Source: Paecilomyces variotii
Lineage: Eukaryota
Assembly (NCBI GenBank): GCA_004022145.1
Contig: RCNU01000003.1
Direction: 5' to 3' (one strand)
DNA: 64,000 nt
Positions 12,810-26,397 of this stretch are shown here, piece after piece (the first letter of the stretch is position 1; the number at the start of each line of letters is the position of its first letter). The translations under genes and the position numbers were made by a program. The notes under the pieces were generated by a model. That model saw only the letters and a program-made list of their open reading frames with translations. It ran no database searches and was not told where the DNA came from.

Positions 12810-13905
12810 ATGAGTAAAAGAGATCTCAACATGCCCCGTCTCCCACCGCGAGGCGTTCATCGCTTCCCGACTCAACAGCCCGAACCGCCCGAGAAGCAGG
12901 AAGCTGAGTCAGAGTCAGAGTCAGAGCAGGAAACAGAGTCAGATCTGGAAACCGAGTCAGAGCAGGGAACCGAGTCAGAGCAGGAAGCAGAGTCAGAACC
13001 GGAAATCTTCTATCCCAGTCTTCGCGATGCCATAGAAGTCCGCGGGATTTTACGGCTAGGACTTGTCCCTGAAGGTCTCCCTACCGAGATTGTCGATCTT
13101 ATCATCGATACAGCCGAGTACTGGCCGTCCGTCGAGGCGAAGCTATCAGGTCCAACTATCGTGCGTCAAGATGCTGATCGGGAGCTTTTGAGAACGCCCC
13201 CTTTGTGCTTAGAGGTAAGGATATCCTTTCTATCGAGCTGTTCTCGTGTGAATGCATAAAGTAGCCTATTATGAACAAGCCGGATATCGACTCCTTATGA
13301 ATGCATGTCTCAGATTGGCAGGCACATTCAGTCTATCCATTCAGACCCATCCCAAGTACGCTTGAAAACTAATCTTTTTACAGAAACAGGAAGACTCAGC
13401 ATCACCAAAAATACTTCCGCACCGAGGATCGCATCCATGTCGCAAGATTATCTTCAACATCTGGTCCCAGGACCAAGGTTGGGGCGGTGGCCCACGGAAC
13501 CGGAATTCCAGATATGACGGATCTTATTCTTGGTTCGATGCTTTTATCATCTCCGCGGACAGTGCAGAAAGAGAATCATCAGAAGAAAGACCCCTTGAAG
13601 CTCGCATAAAACCCGGCGAGCCATATTTCATCCCCACTGGCAATAAACTACAGTCTAATGTGGTTGCCAGGGACGAGGTGGAGCACCATCACATCGTGTG
13701 GCATCATGAAGATTCAACCCACGCGGATTCGCCTGAGGCGTGGGATACGGAGCTCTTTCAGGGACGCGGACGAGGTACTCTTGATGGCAGTGCGGTGAGG
13801 GAGATGAAGATTGGCGATTCAGTGTCCGTATGGGCTAGGGCACGATTTCCTGGATGGTCGAACCATGTGGAAAGGCTTTCAGTCAGAGTTTATTGGTCTG
13901 TGTAG
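12810..13905 (+). CDS. Conserved-looking fungal hypothetical protein (intron 13215-13383)
   Basis: LPTEIVDLIIDTAEYWP (F-box-like start), then HPCRKIIFNIWSQDQGWGG..GSYSWFD..LQSN..KIGDSVSVWARARFPGWSNHV; frame continuous after splicing. Confidence 0.8.
12893..13000 (+). repeat. Coding degenerate tandem repeat (GAGTCA units; E-S/EQETES peptide)
   Basis: gagtcagagtcagagtcagagcagg... recurring, encoding EAESESESEQETESDLETESEQGTESEQEAESE. Confidence 0.8.
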
Positions 13906-15193
13906 ATATTCGGATATGTGAAAATACCCGAGACACCCAGGATTAATTTCATGAGGCTGTAGTCTCTTTTTGTCTTGACTCCTTCATACTATTCTAGCAT
14001 ATCAAACATCATCAGGAATAACCAACTCACTTGTGACAAAATAGAGTAGAATAAGAATCAACTATCATGCTGTAGTTCATCTTAGAACTGAAAGCGGTGC
14101 CATCATTGAGGTCCTAATTCCATGCATATTGTCCCAAGTGTCAGATAATACTGAGTTGTTTGTGGCGGAGTTGATTAATAGCTGAATTTTCCGTGTGAGA
14201 GGGGAGATGATGATTGGAAATGATTGGAAGCAGCAGAATCTGGGGTAAGACAAGAGTAACAATCCTCTAGATCGAGGAACCACGGCGCCCTATTGGACTG
14301 CTCATCGATAGCACGGAGCTATGATGCGGGGCCCCAGATATCAGGCCAAACGTCTTATTTCTACGTCCTTGCGGAGGTATACATTGTTGGAACAGTCTCT
14401 GCCAGCGTTTTTTTTTTTTTTCCTATATGCCATTGTACTATAACAATGCTCGTGGAGGATTAGAATGGACTTGGCTGTATTAAATAATTGTTGTAGCTAA
14501 CTACTCTATACAATAGTAGTTTTCACTGGTTTAGAAGACGAGGGTTTCCCAATCGGGAAGGCAAGCAGCATTGCTCATCCCGTCGAGAAATCACGCAATC
14601 GCCCTGTCTGCGCTAGTGGCGCATTGGCCACCGTTGAATTCGCAGAGGTAGGTATAAAGAAGAGCGATGTCCACAACGACCAAATTAATCCTACAACAGG
14701 CCCTTCTGATGGCTCAGACCGGTCCCGTTCGTGTCTACGGTGCTCTTTGAACGAACTGACCCCAGGATGGACGGTGTTCGCCCATCTGCTCGCCGCGCTG
14801 GCGAGCGCACTCCAGACTCGACCAGGAGGAAAGCTTGAAGGATGATCCGAGACAAGAGGCCCGACGGCAAGCGAATCCGCCTGCAACCGTGAACGCCCGG
14901 GTGGGGCGAGACTCGTTGCTCACTTACGCAGTCATCAGCAACATGTTCAATGCTTCCTCGTGCTGCGTGATTCGGCCCCCGCATGCCGTGACTTTGTTCC
15001 GCCGTGACTGCAAGATCTTTCCCCCCCCAAAACAGCGGTGTCGGTGGTCTTCTCCTTTCTGCCAACGGATTCCGAGGTTTTTGATCGAATAAAACGGCCG
15101 ATTCATCGCATTTCGAGCTCTCCCATCTGCTGAGGGTTCTTCCATTGTCTTTTCTGTGATTTTAGCCATTCTTTGTGGTCTTTTATCGGCAGA

Positions 15194-16561
15194 ATGAGCA
15201 GCACACCGAGATGTGCCGCGGTGGTGGTGGGAGCCGGTCCAGCAGGCCTCGCGGTAATCGGGAACCTCCTGGAGAAGCAGATTGGCGGCAATATTGCCTG
15301 GATCGACCCCTGCTTTCAGGCAGGACGCATCAATAAGAAATATCGTGAGGTGCCTAGGTACGATTTGTCTCTCTACGGTGGTTCTGGCTGTGCGGGCCTC
15401 TCGGCCGTGCGGCAGACGGCCAGAGGCGGTTCTACAGGAGAAGAAGAGGACTGCCACAACCGTGCATTGAGACTAACCTCCTCCCAGCAACACGAAAGTC
15501 TCTCTATTCCAGGCGTATGCCAAAGCTGTGCAGCCTTTCCGCACTGTGCTCGATACGACTCCCAAGCCTAATGCCTTCACGACGATGACCAAACTGGATC
15601 CGGACCAGGGGTGTCCTCTGCATTATGCAGCCGACCTGTGCAAAATGCTCACTGAGGGAATCACGAAACGTGATGATGTTTATGCCTGCTGCGGCGTCGT
15701 TACCAAAGCTGATCTGGCGGAGAATGTCAGTGTCGTAGTCTCTTGAAGATAAAGCCGTCTGATCGTTGGACTAACTGGCAATAGCAGTCTCAGTGGACCG
15801 TCCATATCAAGAGCTACGAGACTCTCTCGGAGGTCCGGGTAATTGCTCCGCGTCTGGTCCTCTGCACCGGTTCTTCACCAACGTTTCTCCCCATCCCTGT
15901 GCCGGGGCTCTCTATCCAGAAGCTGGATCTGGACGTGGTTTTGAAGCCCAGTGAACTGATCGGAGCTATCCCCGCGGACTCGCCGCAAACGGTAGCTGTC
16001 ATCGGTGCTTCTCATAGTGCCATTCTGGCGCTCATGAATCTAGTCAAACTGGCTCGCTCGTCTCACCCGAAGCTGCGTATCAAGTGGTTTACGCGGCACG
16101 GGCTGCGGTATGCGGAGTACAAGGACGGCTGGATCCTGAGAGACAACACGGGTCTCAAGGGTGTTGCAGCGACTTTCGCGAAAGAGCAGCTAGAAGATAA
16201 CCGACTGCCCCAGTCGGAGGCCGGCCGCTTTGTTGAGAAAGTCGATTGCAGCGGAGGCAAGGAGACAGCGGAGTACCAAGCCAAGCTGCCGTCTTGCACG
16301 CATATCGTCCAGGCCGTTGGCTTTACTCGCGACCCTCTGCCCGCGTTGTCGCGGGATGGGAAACCGCTGGAGCCGCAGTTTGACCACCAGACGGGTGGCT
16401 TCTCCGATCAGGACGGCCAAGTGATCAAGGGCCTCTATGGTGCTGGTATCGCCTTCCCTGAGCGTGTGGTTGATCCGTACAAGAACGTGGAGCTGAACGT
16501 GGGCTTGTGGAAGTTCATGAACTTCATCAAACGGGTTTCCCCGAGCTGGGTTGCCGCGTAG
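15194..16561 (+). CDS. FAD/NAD(P)-binding (pyridine nucleotide-disulfide oxidoreductase-like) protein (introns 15358-15487, 15726-15784/15787)
   Basis: N-terminal [12 protein letters not shown] fingerprint, LVLCTGS, second Rossmann motif [26 protein letters not shown]. Intron 2 acceptor is a NAGNAG (TAGCAG). Confidence 0.85.
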
Positions 16562-17737
16562 ATGATAGTTTTCTTGTTCTTTACTCTTGGCGTTGATACC
16601 TCTGCTCTACTGTAATTCCCTGTTGATGCACAATATGGCAGGCTGCTGCTAGGATAGTCTATCTGTCCGGGACCCTGCAGCACTACGTATCTATTATTAT
16701 TATTATTATTCTGCGTAATCTATTATTATTGTGTTTCCCTGGTAGCACCTTCTGGGGTTGTAGAGATTGGATGCCAGACGACTGGGGTCGTTGAAGTGAG
16801 AGCTATATCTACTGGAACGATGGCGTTTGCTGAGGGCACTCGATATGCAACCTCGATGCTGCCAGTACCTAATGTGAGGGAATATCGCATGATTCTCTCT
16901 GATTCTCTCTGGCCGTTTACGGGATTGGAGAATGAGCTGCATCAAGGATATGTTTCCTCTATGTCATAGACTTGAGTTGTCTTGTGCAAGCTTGCTCCAT
17001 CCCATGCTTCATGAACTTCTCTACGTATTCCTCCGGAACGAATTTTGTACCGGACCATCACATGCCAGAGAGAACAGCCACGTGCCTGGGCGAACGGGAT
17101 CATGTGACGTACAGCCAGGATATCCGGCGCTAAACCCGAAACTGCAGTCAGGGTAGTTATTATTATTATTGTATAGATGATTTATTACAATATTAGTTAG
17201 TTATTATTATTATTCAGCAGTTAATCGTGAACAGACAAGATGATATTATATTATATGACCAGCTCATCCAGGGTCTACAGACGGATACAAGAATCGGGCT
17301 GATATTCTCTACTCCGTACTTCTCGTCGGGATCGGATCGACCGGGAAAGTCATCGCAGATGATGGCCAGACGGTCAATCAATCAATCAATCACACAAAAA
17401 GCTCCTTCAGAATGCCAGCCATTGCGAGGTGCTATGAATCGCGCCTCTTGCTCCGCTTCTCCGCAGTTGTTATTATTGCCCATGGAGAGATGGAGACATG
17501 GAGAATACTAAACTCTGGAGTGAACCGCCGGTGTCGGCTGATTCGGGGGATCCCATGGACGGACTCGGCCGAGCCGTCTAGTTAACTACCGGAAGTCCAT
17601 CATGATTCATCGGACCAGCAGTCAAGTCGGCTCGACACGGACTTTTGGTGCTTTTGGTCAAGTTAACTAACTAATCATAATAATCATAACTAAACTAACC
17701 CACTTGAAGCACTGCAGAGAACTCCAGCCAACTTGGG

Positions 17738-17794
17738 CCGAGGTATTTTCCGCTTCGGGCAGCATGTCCTGCTTTTGCTGCAGTTCCGCCTCGG
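17738..17794. promoter_or_regulatory. Two inverted CCGAGG sites (FarA/FarB-type fatty-acid induction elements) upstream of acyl-CoA oxidase
   Basis: CCGAGG at 17738-17743 and CCTCGG at 17789-17794, about 230-285 bp before the ATG; CCGAGG is the established FarA/FarB core in Aspergillus beta-oxidation genes. Confidence 0.65.
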
Positions 17795-18021
17795 TCCTTG
17801 TGCTGACTTTAATATTGCGAAGAGACGCCCCGGACCGACCGCTTCCAAATAATAATAACTAGAACCGCCCATCAGCCATCGCCCCGTTCTCTCTGATTCT
17901 GATTCTGGAGGATGCGAGAGGATCTCTGTTGGATGCATCTCTTCTGATTCCTTCCATCCATACCACGAATTATTATCGTCATATCGCTATTCAACGAATA
18001 TCTATCTCATCTGCACCGATC

Positions 18022-20313
18022 ATGGTCCCTCCGCCTCCTGCTTGGGTCCAGGCCCTCAAGCCTGCCGGCCCTCAGGGCTCAGAACTGCTGCAGAAGGAAC
18101 GCGCTCAGTCGAATGTCCCTGTCGACAAGCTGGCTGAGCTGATCCACAGCAAGCCCGTCCTCGAGCGGCAAGAGAAGCTCCTCTCGGTGCTCCAATCCGA
18201 TCCCGTCTTCGATAAATCGCAGAACTATTCCCTAGGACGCGTCGAGCGCATCCAGCGTGCCCTGGCCAAGGGCAAGCGTCTGCAACAGCTGTCTGTGGAG
18301 CGAAAGTGGTCGGCAGACGAATACTATGCCGCTGCAGACCTGATCGCGGAGCCGACCCCGTACGGTCTCCATGCGACTATGTTCCTGGTACGGAGATCTC
18401 CCGCATCTGATGGACTTCCATTCATATATCTTTTACAGTCAGCTAACGAGACATTGTGATTCTAGGTCACTCTTCGAGAGCAGGGAACTCCAGAGCAGCA
18501 CAAGCTCTTCCTGCACCGGGCAGAGAAGTACGAGATCATCGGATGCTATGCGCAGACGGAGTTGGGCCACGGTTCAAACGTCCGTGGTCTCGAGACGACC
18601 GCGACCTGGAGCCCCGAGGACAAGACCTTCATCATCAACTCGCCCAGCCTGACTGCCTCCAAGTGGTGGATCGGCTCTCTGGGTAGAACTGCCAACCACG
18701 CCGTGGTGATGGCTCAATTGATCATCGATGGAAAGCCCTACGGACCCCATCCTTTCGTCGTCCAGATCCGAGACATGGAGACACACCAGCCGTTGGAGAA
18801 TGTCTACGTGGGCGATATTGGTCCCAAGTTTGGATACAAGTAAGTTCTCCATTTTGAATACTCGGCGGATAAAGAGATTGCTAATCAATCGGTCATTATA
18901 GCACCATGGATAACGGTTTCCTGCTGTTCAACAACTACAAGATCCCCCACGTCAACATGCTCGCTCGATTCGCAAAGGTCGACCCCGCCACCAACAAGTA
19001 TCTGCGCCCGGCGAACCCGACGCTGATCTATGGTACTATGACCTGGGTGCGATCCAACATCGTCCTCCAGGCAGGAAGCGTCCTGGCCAAAGGTGTGACC
19101 ATCGCTACCCGGTATTGTGCCGTTCGACGACAGTTCTCCGACCAGGATGCCCCCAAGAATGCGGGCGAAACCCAGGTCCTGAACTACAAGATGGTCCAGG
19201 TCCGTCTATTGCCTCTGCTCGCAGCAACGTATGCATTGCATTTCACCGGGCGTGGAATGATGGCCCTGTATGAAAAGAACCAGGCGCGGATGAAGGCCCC
19301 CGCATCACAGGACCAGGAGAAGAGAGGACCGGCTCCCGAGGCCCTCCGCGCCGGAGCTGACCTCCTCGCCGATCTCCATGCTACGTCCTGTGGTCTGAAG
19401 GCCTTGGCCAGCACTACGGCCGGTGAAGGTCTCGAAGTCTGTCGACGAGCCTGTGGTGGTCACGGATACAGCAGCTACAGCGGCATCGGTTCATGGTACG
19501 CTGACTACCTGCCCACCCTCACCTGGGAGGGTGACAACTACATGTTGACCCAACAGGTTGCACGATACGTAAGTGATCCCGTATGATAGGCATCTGTTTT
19601 TTTGGGACAAATCAACTGATAAAGATCTATAGCTTCTGAAATCCGCCCGTGCCGTGCTTGCGGGTAAGGCCGGCGACAACGACACGAGCCGCATTCTGCA
19701 GTCGTTCATTGACCGCCGAGAGAAGGGCGCTTCATTTGACGTCCTCGAAGTGGACGAGGAAATTGTCGCCGCATTCGCCTGGCGCACCGCATACCTCACA
19801 TTCGAGGCGCTAAAGCAACGCGACGTAGAGAAGCGCTCGTGGAACAGCCTGCTGGTGGACTTCTGGCGTCTGTCCACTGCTCACTCTCAGTACCTCGTGG
19901 TGAAGAACTTCTACGAGGCTGTTTCGTCGCCCGACACGGCTGCCCAGATCGACCCGGAGACTGTCACTCTTCTGCACAAGCTGTTCCGTCTGTACGCCCT
20001 GCACACGCTCGAGCGAGAGGCTGCCGACTTCTTCACCTCAGGCGCCGTCACCACGCGCCAGATCACACTCACAAGGAACAAGGCCGTGATGAAGCTGCTG
20101 GACGAGATCCGGCCGCACGCGGTAAACCTTGTAGACGCGTGGAAGTTCCCCGACTGGGTGCTGGACAGCAGTCTGGGACGCGAAGACGGCGATGTCTACC
20201 GGGATCTCTTCCGCCGGGCCAGTCAGGAAAACCCGGTTAACGAGCTGATCTTCGATCCATACCCATGGAACAAGAACGTGTTGAAGAATGGTGCGGCGCG
20301 CAGCAAGCTGTGA
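18022..20313 (+). CDS. aoxA: Peroxisomal acyl-CoA oxidase (introns 18388-18465, 18840-18901, 19569-19632)
   Basis: [59 protein letters not shown] motifs; C-terminal SKL PTS1. Confidence 0.96.
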
Positions 20314-20512
20314 TTTCTTTTTTCCTTTTTTTTTCCAAATCGGGGTTCGTTGACTTGATATTTCTTGTTCCCTTTTTTTTTGTTTTCTCTTCAGCGAACT
20401 ATATATTCTCGGACATTGATTGAATCGTAGAAGCTAGACTTACTATAGAAAGAGAGGGGAGATTATACGAGAAGCAGATTATAAATTCGCTTGAATAACA
20501 ATGCATATATTC

Positions 20513-20890
20513 TTTTTTTTTTTTTTTTTTTTTTTTTTTCTCAAGCACAATTATATATCCATCTGTCCCCTAACTGAACTAACTAGCTAGTTAATTACCA
20601 TCTCCTGAATCGACTACACCACACTACACTACACTACACTACATAGTTACAGAGTAAACATAATTACGATAACAATTCCTACTCAGTCATCCTACTAGTA
20701 GATACCTAGGTAGTTGGTCTCGACTCAGAGTATTTAACTACCTAACTAACTAACCACTAACTAGTATCGATGATTTTTGATCTAATCTGATCTAATCTGA
20801 TCGGTCACTAAGTATCCGTAACTAGAGTCTAGTCGACGATCGATGAATGATGATCGATGATCGATCCACATCAGCTAGCTACCTAAGAAA
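20513..20890. repeat. Low-complexity convergent intergenic tract: T27, (ACACT)4, TAAC- and GATC-rich micro-repeats
   Basis: Poly-T 20513-20539; acact repeats 20621-20640; ctaactaactaac, gatctaatctgatctaatctgatc and gatcgatga repeats. Confidence 0.8.
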
Positions 20891-21501
20891 CTATCTACGG
20901 ACTCGGAGTAGGTGGATAATTAGATAAATCGAGTGTTTATGTGCCTGGATGCCTGGGAGGCTCGTGCTTATCACTACTGTAGGAACGGCGGGAGAATAAT
21001 AGACCGTGATCGAATCGAATTGATTCCTCATCAAGGATGTGCATGGCACATGCATGCATGCATATTCTGCATGGATGGGAAGACGGCTTGGCATACGTAT
21101 GTACATATACTGGTACATCTTCTACTTTAGTTCCTGCTTATCTTTATTTTTTGATCGTCGTATTGCGCGGAAATTAAACCCGAAACAGAAACTGGTATCA
21201 AAAAACAAAGCTTTAGAAGCCATGTTTCATTGCTTATGTACCATCTGTAATATACATTACACGTACCAAAGAGCCTTAAGTAGATATAATACACGGAGGC
21301 CATTGGATGTACATTGAGCGCATGCGTGGTTGCTTGGATAATGGGCTGCAAAAAGTAAAAAATAAAACCCGAAGTGAATAATAAAAGCTTCAGACGCGCT
21401 CATCCAAGCGTCAGTCCTAGGCTGATAACCCGATAGGGATTGTCCCAATCATGTCTTCATCCCGATCGGTTGTGGTCCGATTGGTATCTCGTGACCCTGT
21501 C

Positions 21502-22309
21502 TTAAAAAGCAGCCATGGCGCCCAGGACGAGAGCCAGCAGACCAGCGGGCGCCTTCAGGGAGGCACCAGCGTTGGCGTTGGGAGCCTGGGTGGTCGGGGT
21601 GCTCTGGGAGGAGGAGCTGGTAGAGCTGGCCGCGCCGGTGGTGGTGGACGAGGCAGCGGTAGAAGAGGTGGACTTCGCGCTGGCGGAGGAAGAAGTGGAC
21701 TTCGCGCTGGAGGTCTTGGAAGCGGAAGCAGAAGCAGAGCTGCTGGCCGAAGCGCTGCTGGTGGTCACGGTGGACAGAGTGGTCGACGCAGCAGAGGTGC
21801 TGGAGGCCGACGCAGTGGACGTCTGGGAAGCAGACGAGGCCGACGCGCTGGCGGTGGCACCGGAGACGACGAAGCGGGGCAGGAAGTTGTACTCGCTGGG
21901 GTCGGAGTCGTCGATGATCTCGATGGTGTAGTCGGGCTCCGCCGCCAGGTCGGAGGGAGGAGTCCAGGTGTAGCTACCGGAGTTGGGAATGCTCTCTGCT
22001 CTTGTCAGCTAATTGCCCTCTGATCATCACATCCTGTCGCGCGCGTCGAGAGGCTACGATTCCGTTGTGTTTGGACTGAGACAAGGACGACTACTTACGG
22101 GCAATAACCTCGCCAGAGTTGGTGGTAGTGACAGCGCCCCATTGCAGCTTCAGAGTGACGGTGCCGCTGGTGGTGGGATCCCAGTTCAGCGTAGTGGCCG
22201 ATCCGACCTTGAAGTCGTAGCCCTGGGTTGGGATCTTGAAGGGGTTGGCGTTCTCAGCCGCGACGACAGCAGCGAAAGCGCTGGCAGCGATGTAGAGGAC
22301 GGAGCGCAT
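21502..22309 (-). CDS. Secreted GPI-anchored Ser/Thr-rich cell-wall protein (Kre9/Knh1-N-like domain; intron 21996-22098)
   Basis: Signal peptide MRSVLYIAASAFAAVVAA; NPF..TLNWDPTT..LKL..IPNSGSYTWTPP..YTIEI..NFLPRF domain; S/T/A stalk; NANAGASLKAPAGLLALVLGAMAAF GPI signal. Confidence 0.9.
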
Positions 22310-23707
22310 CTTGAAGAATGTGGTTTGGTTAATTGATGGGTTGATTAATTGGCGATCTTGTGTGTTGGCACGACAAGACTGGTATCTGGGAAGAAAGGAA
22401 GAAAGACGGATATCAACAACGCGAACGAATGACTGGGGAAAGAAGGCGAGATCAACGAGAGTAAAGCCCTGTGGCGCTGCGGTGAGAAAGCAGAGAGAAA
22501 GAGAAAAGAGCGACGGGGACAATCATTAATTAAAAGAGAAAAGGGGAGGCTCGTTGGAGAGAAAGAGAGGGGGCAAAGTGCCTGCTGGATGTTCGGCAAC
22601 ACAAGCGATACGATGGCGTCGGCGCTGTGTCCTGTTCTCCCCCAGACTCCGTCTGGCGCGCGGACTGTCCGGAGGCGCGATTGTCTACAACAGGCAAAGT
22701 GTGTACGATCTAACAGGCGACGGAGCCCTTTTAGGGGGGAAATTGGTGGATTTCACGAATTGCAACGCCTTGTTTGGCTTCACGCCGGTGCTGAAGTCAG
22801 ATTGTGTAGGATTTTAGGTCTCACGATGGCGGCGACTCCGCGTCTGGGATTGGACAGACTCGCTCAGCGTGCAAACGAGCCGAGATTGTTCCATCCAGGA
22901 GGCGCAGGGCAGTTCATTTTCCATGGCTGAAATGGATGGTTTTCCTAGGTTGGGAATTCTAGTTCCTCGGATCCGGCCGTTCTTTTTGGTGTGATTATGT
23001 TTATTTTTATTTTTTCTTTTATTTTTTATTTTTTTTTTATTCTGCACGAGACCGACAGAGACTGCCTGCCTGTCTTGCCTGATGTTAGTTAGTCGGGCAA
23101 TTTCCCCCCAAGTTAACTAACTGATAATCATGTTAAAATATCTATCTAGGATGTTAAATGAAGATGGATTTGTCCGGCATTTCCTCAAGGTCACATTACC
23201 CGGAGATCGACGCTAGTCCAGTTGGGGAAGGTGCTGCAATCACCTGATCGGTTGGCTGCAGATAGTCACGTGAGAGGCTCGTGCAATGTTTATTTATAAA
23301 CCAATCAGAAGGCGGCGTGGCCTCAGCGTAAAAGGAAGCTCGCTTAGCCATTATTCCGCCTCAGAAACGAGGCAGCAACAAGATGTTTACCCGTCTCCAC
23401 GTTTGACGTCATTGGTCCGTTCGGGGAAGGAACGATCGACAACCTATGTTTTATCATCACCCGACGATAACTAACTTAATAATAATAATAATAATAATAC
23501 TAATTACTGGAACACCAGGAAAGATAAAGCGACGGGATGAGAATAATAGCTTTTTTTGCCTCTAAAGATCATCCACAGCTAGAGTCTACCGTATGTCCTG
23601 TCTTTTTATGTCGCCCGATCTCCCACATAGAACGCCGTGTATAGACACTGCCAGCAAATAATATACGGGCAGAGTTGGATAGGCCAAGAAGAAATAGAGT
23701 ACATCAA

Positions 23708-25928
23708 TCATTCCGCATTCGTGACGGCAGTTGTCTCCGCTCCAGATGCGATGACATTCTCAGTCGTCGCCTCAGGATGAGGAGAAGGAGGACGAGGAGG
23801 AAGACCGGCGGCGGATTCTGCCTTGACTTCACCGGTCGTCTCCTGTCCAGGCTCGTCGGGAGTGTCGAGCATCCCATGTTCGCCGAGCCACATGATCGTC
23901 TGCATAACTCGTTGATCCTCATCGTCCCGCTGGCGGGCCAGAAGCTAGAAAATCGTTGTCAGTCATGATGTTGTCAGAACCATAACGAGGAAGTCCATCA
24001 CTTACCGCCTGGAGAAGCCCCTTCCGCCCGGTCTTCTCCTTGACGTTCTTGCCCGCCGGCTTCGTCTGTGCCTTGGCTGTCGACACGTCGTGGGAGAAGC
24101 GGCACTGGTCACCCCGTGAACAACGACCTTTTTGGACAAAGTTATGGCATAATTTCTTCTTCGGCGCCTCCCGTGGGGGCGGTGGCACCCGCTCAGGCCC
24201 GTCTCGTCGGGACGATACTTCCTCCGGGGCGGAATCACTATCGCCATCGCTGCCACTATCGCTTCCGCTGTCCCATGAATCGTCCGATGACAAGTCCGAT
24301 CCGCTCGAGGACGTCTCGTCGCTCGTATCAGACATCTCCGATATCGACGCGGCAGCGTCTATCTCCATGCCTTGAACACCCTGTGTGCCATTCTCTCCAG
24401 GGGCTGCAGACACGCCCTCCGGAAGGACATGAGAGGCAGCGGTAGCTTCATCAGAAGGCTCAACAGCAATGGCGTCTTTCACAGTGGCAGACTCATCCGC
24501 CCCTTCCGCCCTGGGGGCAGCCTCCTGGACAGAACCTTGAGCACCTGTATCATGACCGGATGCGTTCTTCAACGCCTCAGCCTCTAACCGAGCCCGCTCG
24601 GCATCCGCCTCGGCCTTAGCAACCCGCTTCTCTTCCTTCATCAGCTTGCGCCGTAGTTTGTCCGCTTTGAGCCGTGCTTTGGCCGCAGCGTCTAGCGGAT
24701 CCGCCGATCCTTCTGCAGCAGCCTTCCGCTCCTCCTTTGCCTGCTCCTGTTTGGCACGGGCTTCTTTCTGTCTCTGCTTAGCCTCTTCTCTCTGCTTCTG
24801 CTTCTGCTTCAGGGCCTCGTTGCGTGCTCGTTGTGCTTCCTCCTGCGCCTTCTTGCGCTCCTCTACCCGTTGTTTCGTGGGGAAACGCTTCTTTCGTTCC
24901 TCGATCCAAGCTGCAATGTCCGCCTGTGACTGCAGGGTCGATGTTCTCCCTTTGTACGTGAACCGTAAAGACCCAGCCTCGCCGCTCTGGGCCAGCCTTG
25001 CTTCCTCGTCAACGTCATCTTCCTCCTCGCTGGATTCGTGCTCGTCCGTCTTGGGTGTGAGGCCAAGCTGGTTATGACGGCGTTTTTTCTTTTTGGGTTT
25101 CCGCGTAGCATCAACCGCAGGCGGAGGCTTGGACGGTAACGGGTTGCCAAAGCTGGGAACTGCTGGCGGTGCAGGTACTCGCGGTGCCGTTGTCGCCGGC
25201 TTTCCAAAGGCAGATGCGTGTGGCCTCTTCTGACCCTGACCGGAAAAAGTAGAATGTTGGCTGTATGCGTTGGATGTTCGAGGTCCGTGGGGGCCATGAG
25301 CACCACGATGAGTTCCAGTGTAACCTGCTGAACTGCGATCTTCAAATCCCCAGCGCAGCGGCGGGCCCATTACCGGCGCCGATACTGACACCGCCTGTTG
25401 ACCAGGAACAGGGGGAACGTAGGAGGGCGTTGCAGCCGCATACGGGGGAGACTGGGGTTGCCGTTGGTTGGAGCTGCCATAGCCTGCATCGTAGCTTGGA
25501 CGACGCGAGTACGGTGTCGTTGCGGAGTAAGTTTGTGGATGAGTATAGCCCGGCTGAGCGTGGGGTGCCTGGTATTGCGAGGACTGAGCAGCATTGTAGG
25601 GCGAGGATGACGCGTGATTTGATGCCGCTGGGAAAGGTGGAGGATATGCACCGTAATTGACGGGAGAGTAGCTTTGATTAGCTAGAGAGTTCGCATTCGT
25701 ATGGTAATTTCCAGAGTAACTAGGATCAGAGGAGCCATGATACCCTCCTCGACCACCCCGATTCCCATATCCGCGTCCCCGTCCCCGATATTGCCCGCCA
25801 GCGCCTCGTCCACCCCGCGGAACATAGTTGGCGGCTTGTCCGTATGGAGGTGTAGGACCAGTCGGGAAGCTCTGTTGCGGCGGAGGCGGAGGAGGGGGAG
25901 GAGGAAACGAAAAGCCCTGGGAGGTCAT
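23708..25928 (-). CDS. NUFIP1/Rsa1-domain plus CCCH zinc-finger protein (box C/D snoRNP assembly-related; intron 23945-24005)
   Basis: TLQSQADIAAWIEERKKRFPT (NUFIP1/Rsa1 motif), CHNFVQKGRCSRGDQCRFSH (C-x8-C-x5-C-x3-H), N-terminal RGG/Pro-Tyr low complexity; spliced end LLARQRDDEDQRVMQTIMWLG. Confidence 0.82.
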
Positions 25929-26397
25929 CGCGCGAGGAGCTCACTCACCTGGACCTTCGATGTCCAGGACAGCAGAATCCATTCTCCCACTTCATCTGAA
26001 GCAGAAAATCGTGGGCAATCTTCCAAAAGTTCCCTCCGTCGACCGATGCTGGAGCTCACTTTGTTCCGGTTCCGACGGCCAAAGTGGAAAAGTGCTGCCA
26101 GTCACGTGGAGACGCCCGCTGTCACCGTCTGCCATTGGCTGGAGGAGCTGCTCGCTGATCAAAAAATCGTCGGATGTTCCCAGATTCCCCAGCGGTTGTA
26201 TCATGGAGCTCTAGACAAAGGACGGTAGATCTTGTTTCTTCTTTTGGATAGTCTTGATGCCGGGCGCCTGAATATGGCCGTGCTCTCTGTCCCCGACCCA
26301 GTCCTTTAGTTGCCAGTATCGTTAGCATAATCAGTAAAAGAACCATCTTCCATACCAACGCACTTGGGACTGTGATATCTCACCCTTGAGAAACGCA

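Noticed and set aside
21451..22336. Gly/Arg-rich and acidic plus-strand ORFs
   Set aside because: Antisense shadows of the Ser/Thr/Ala-rich GPI protein.
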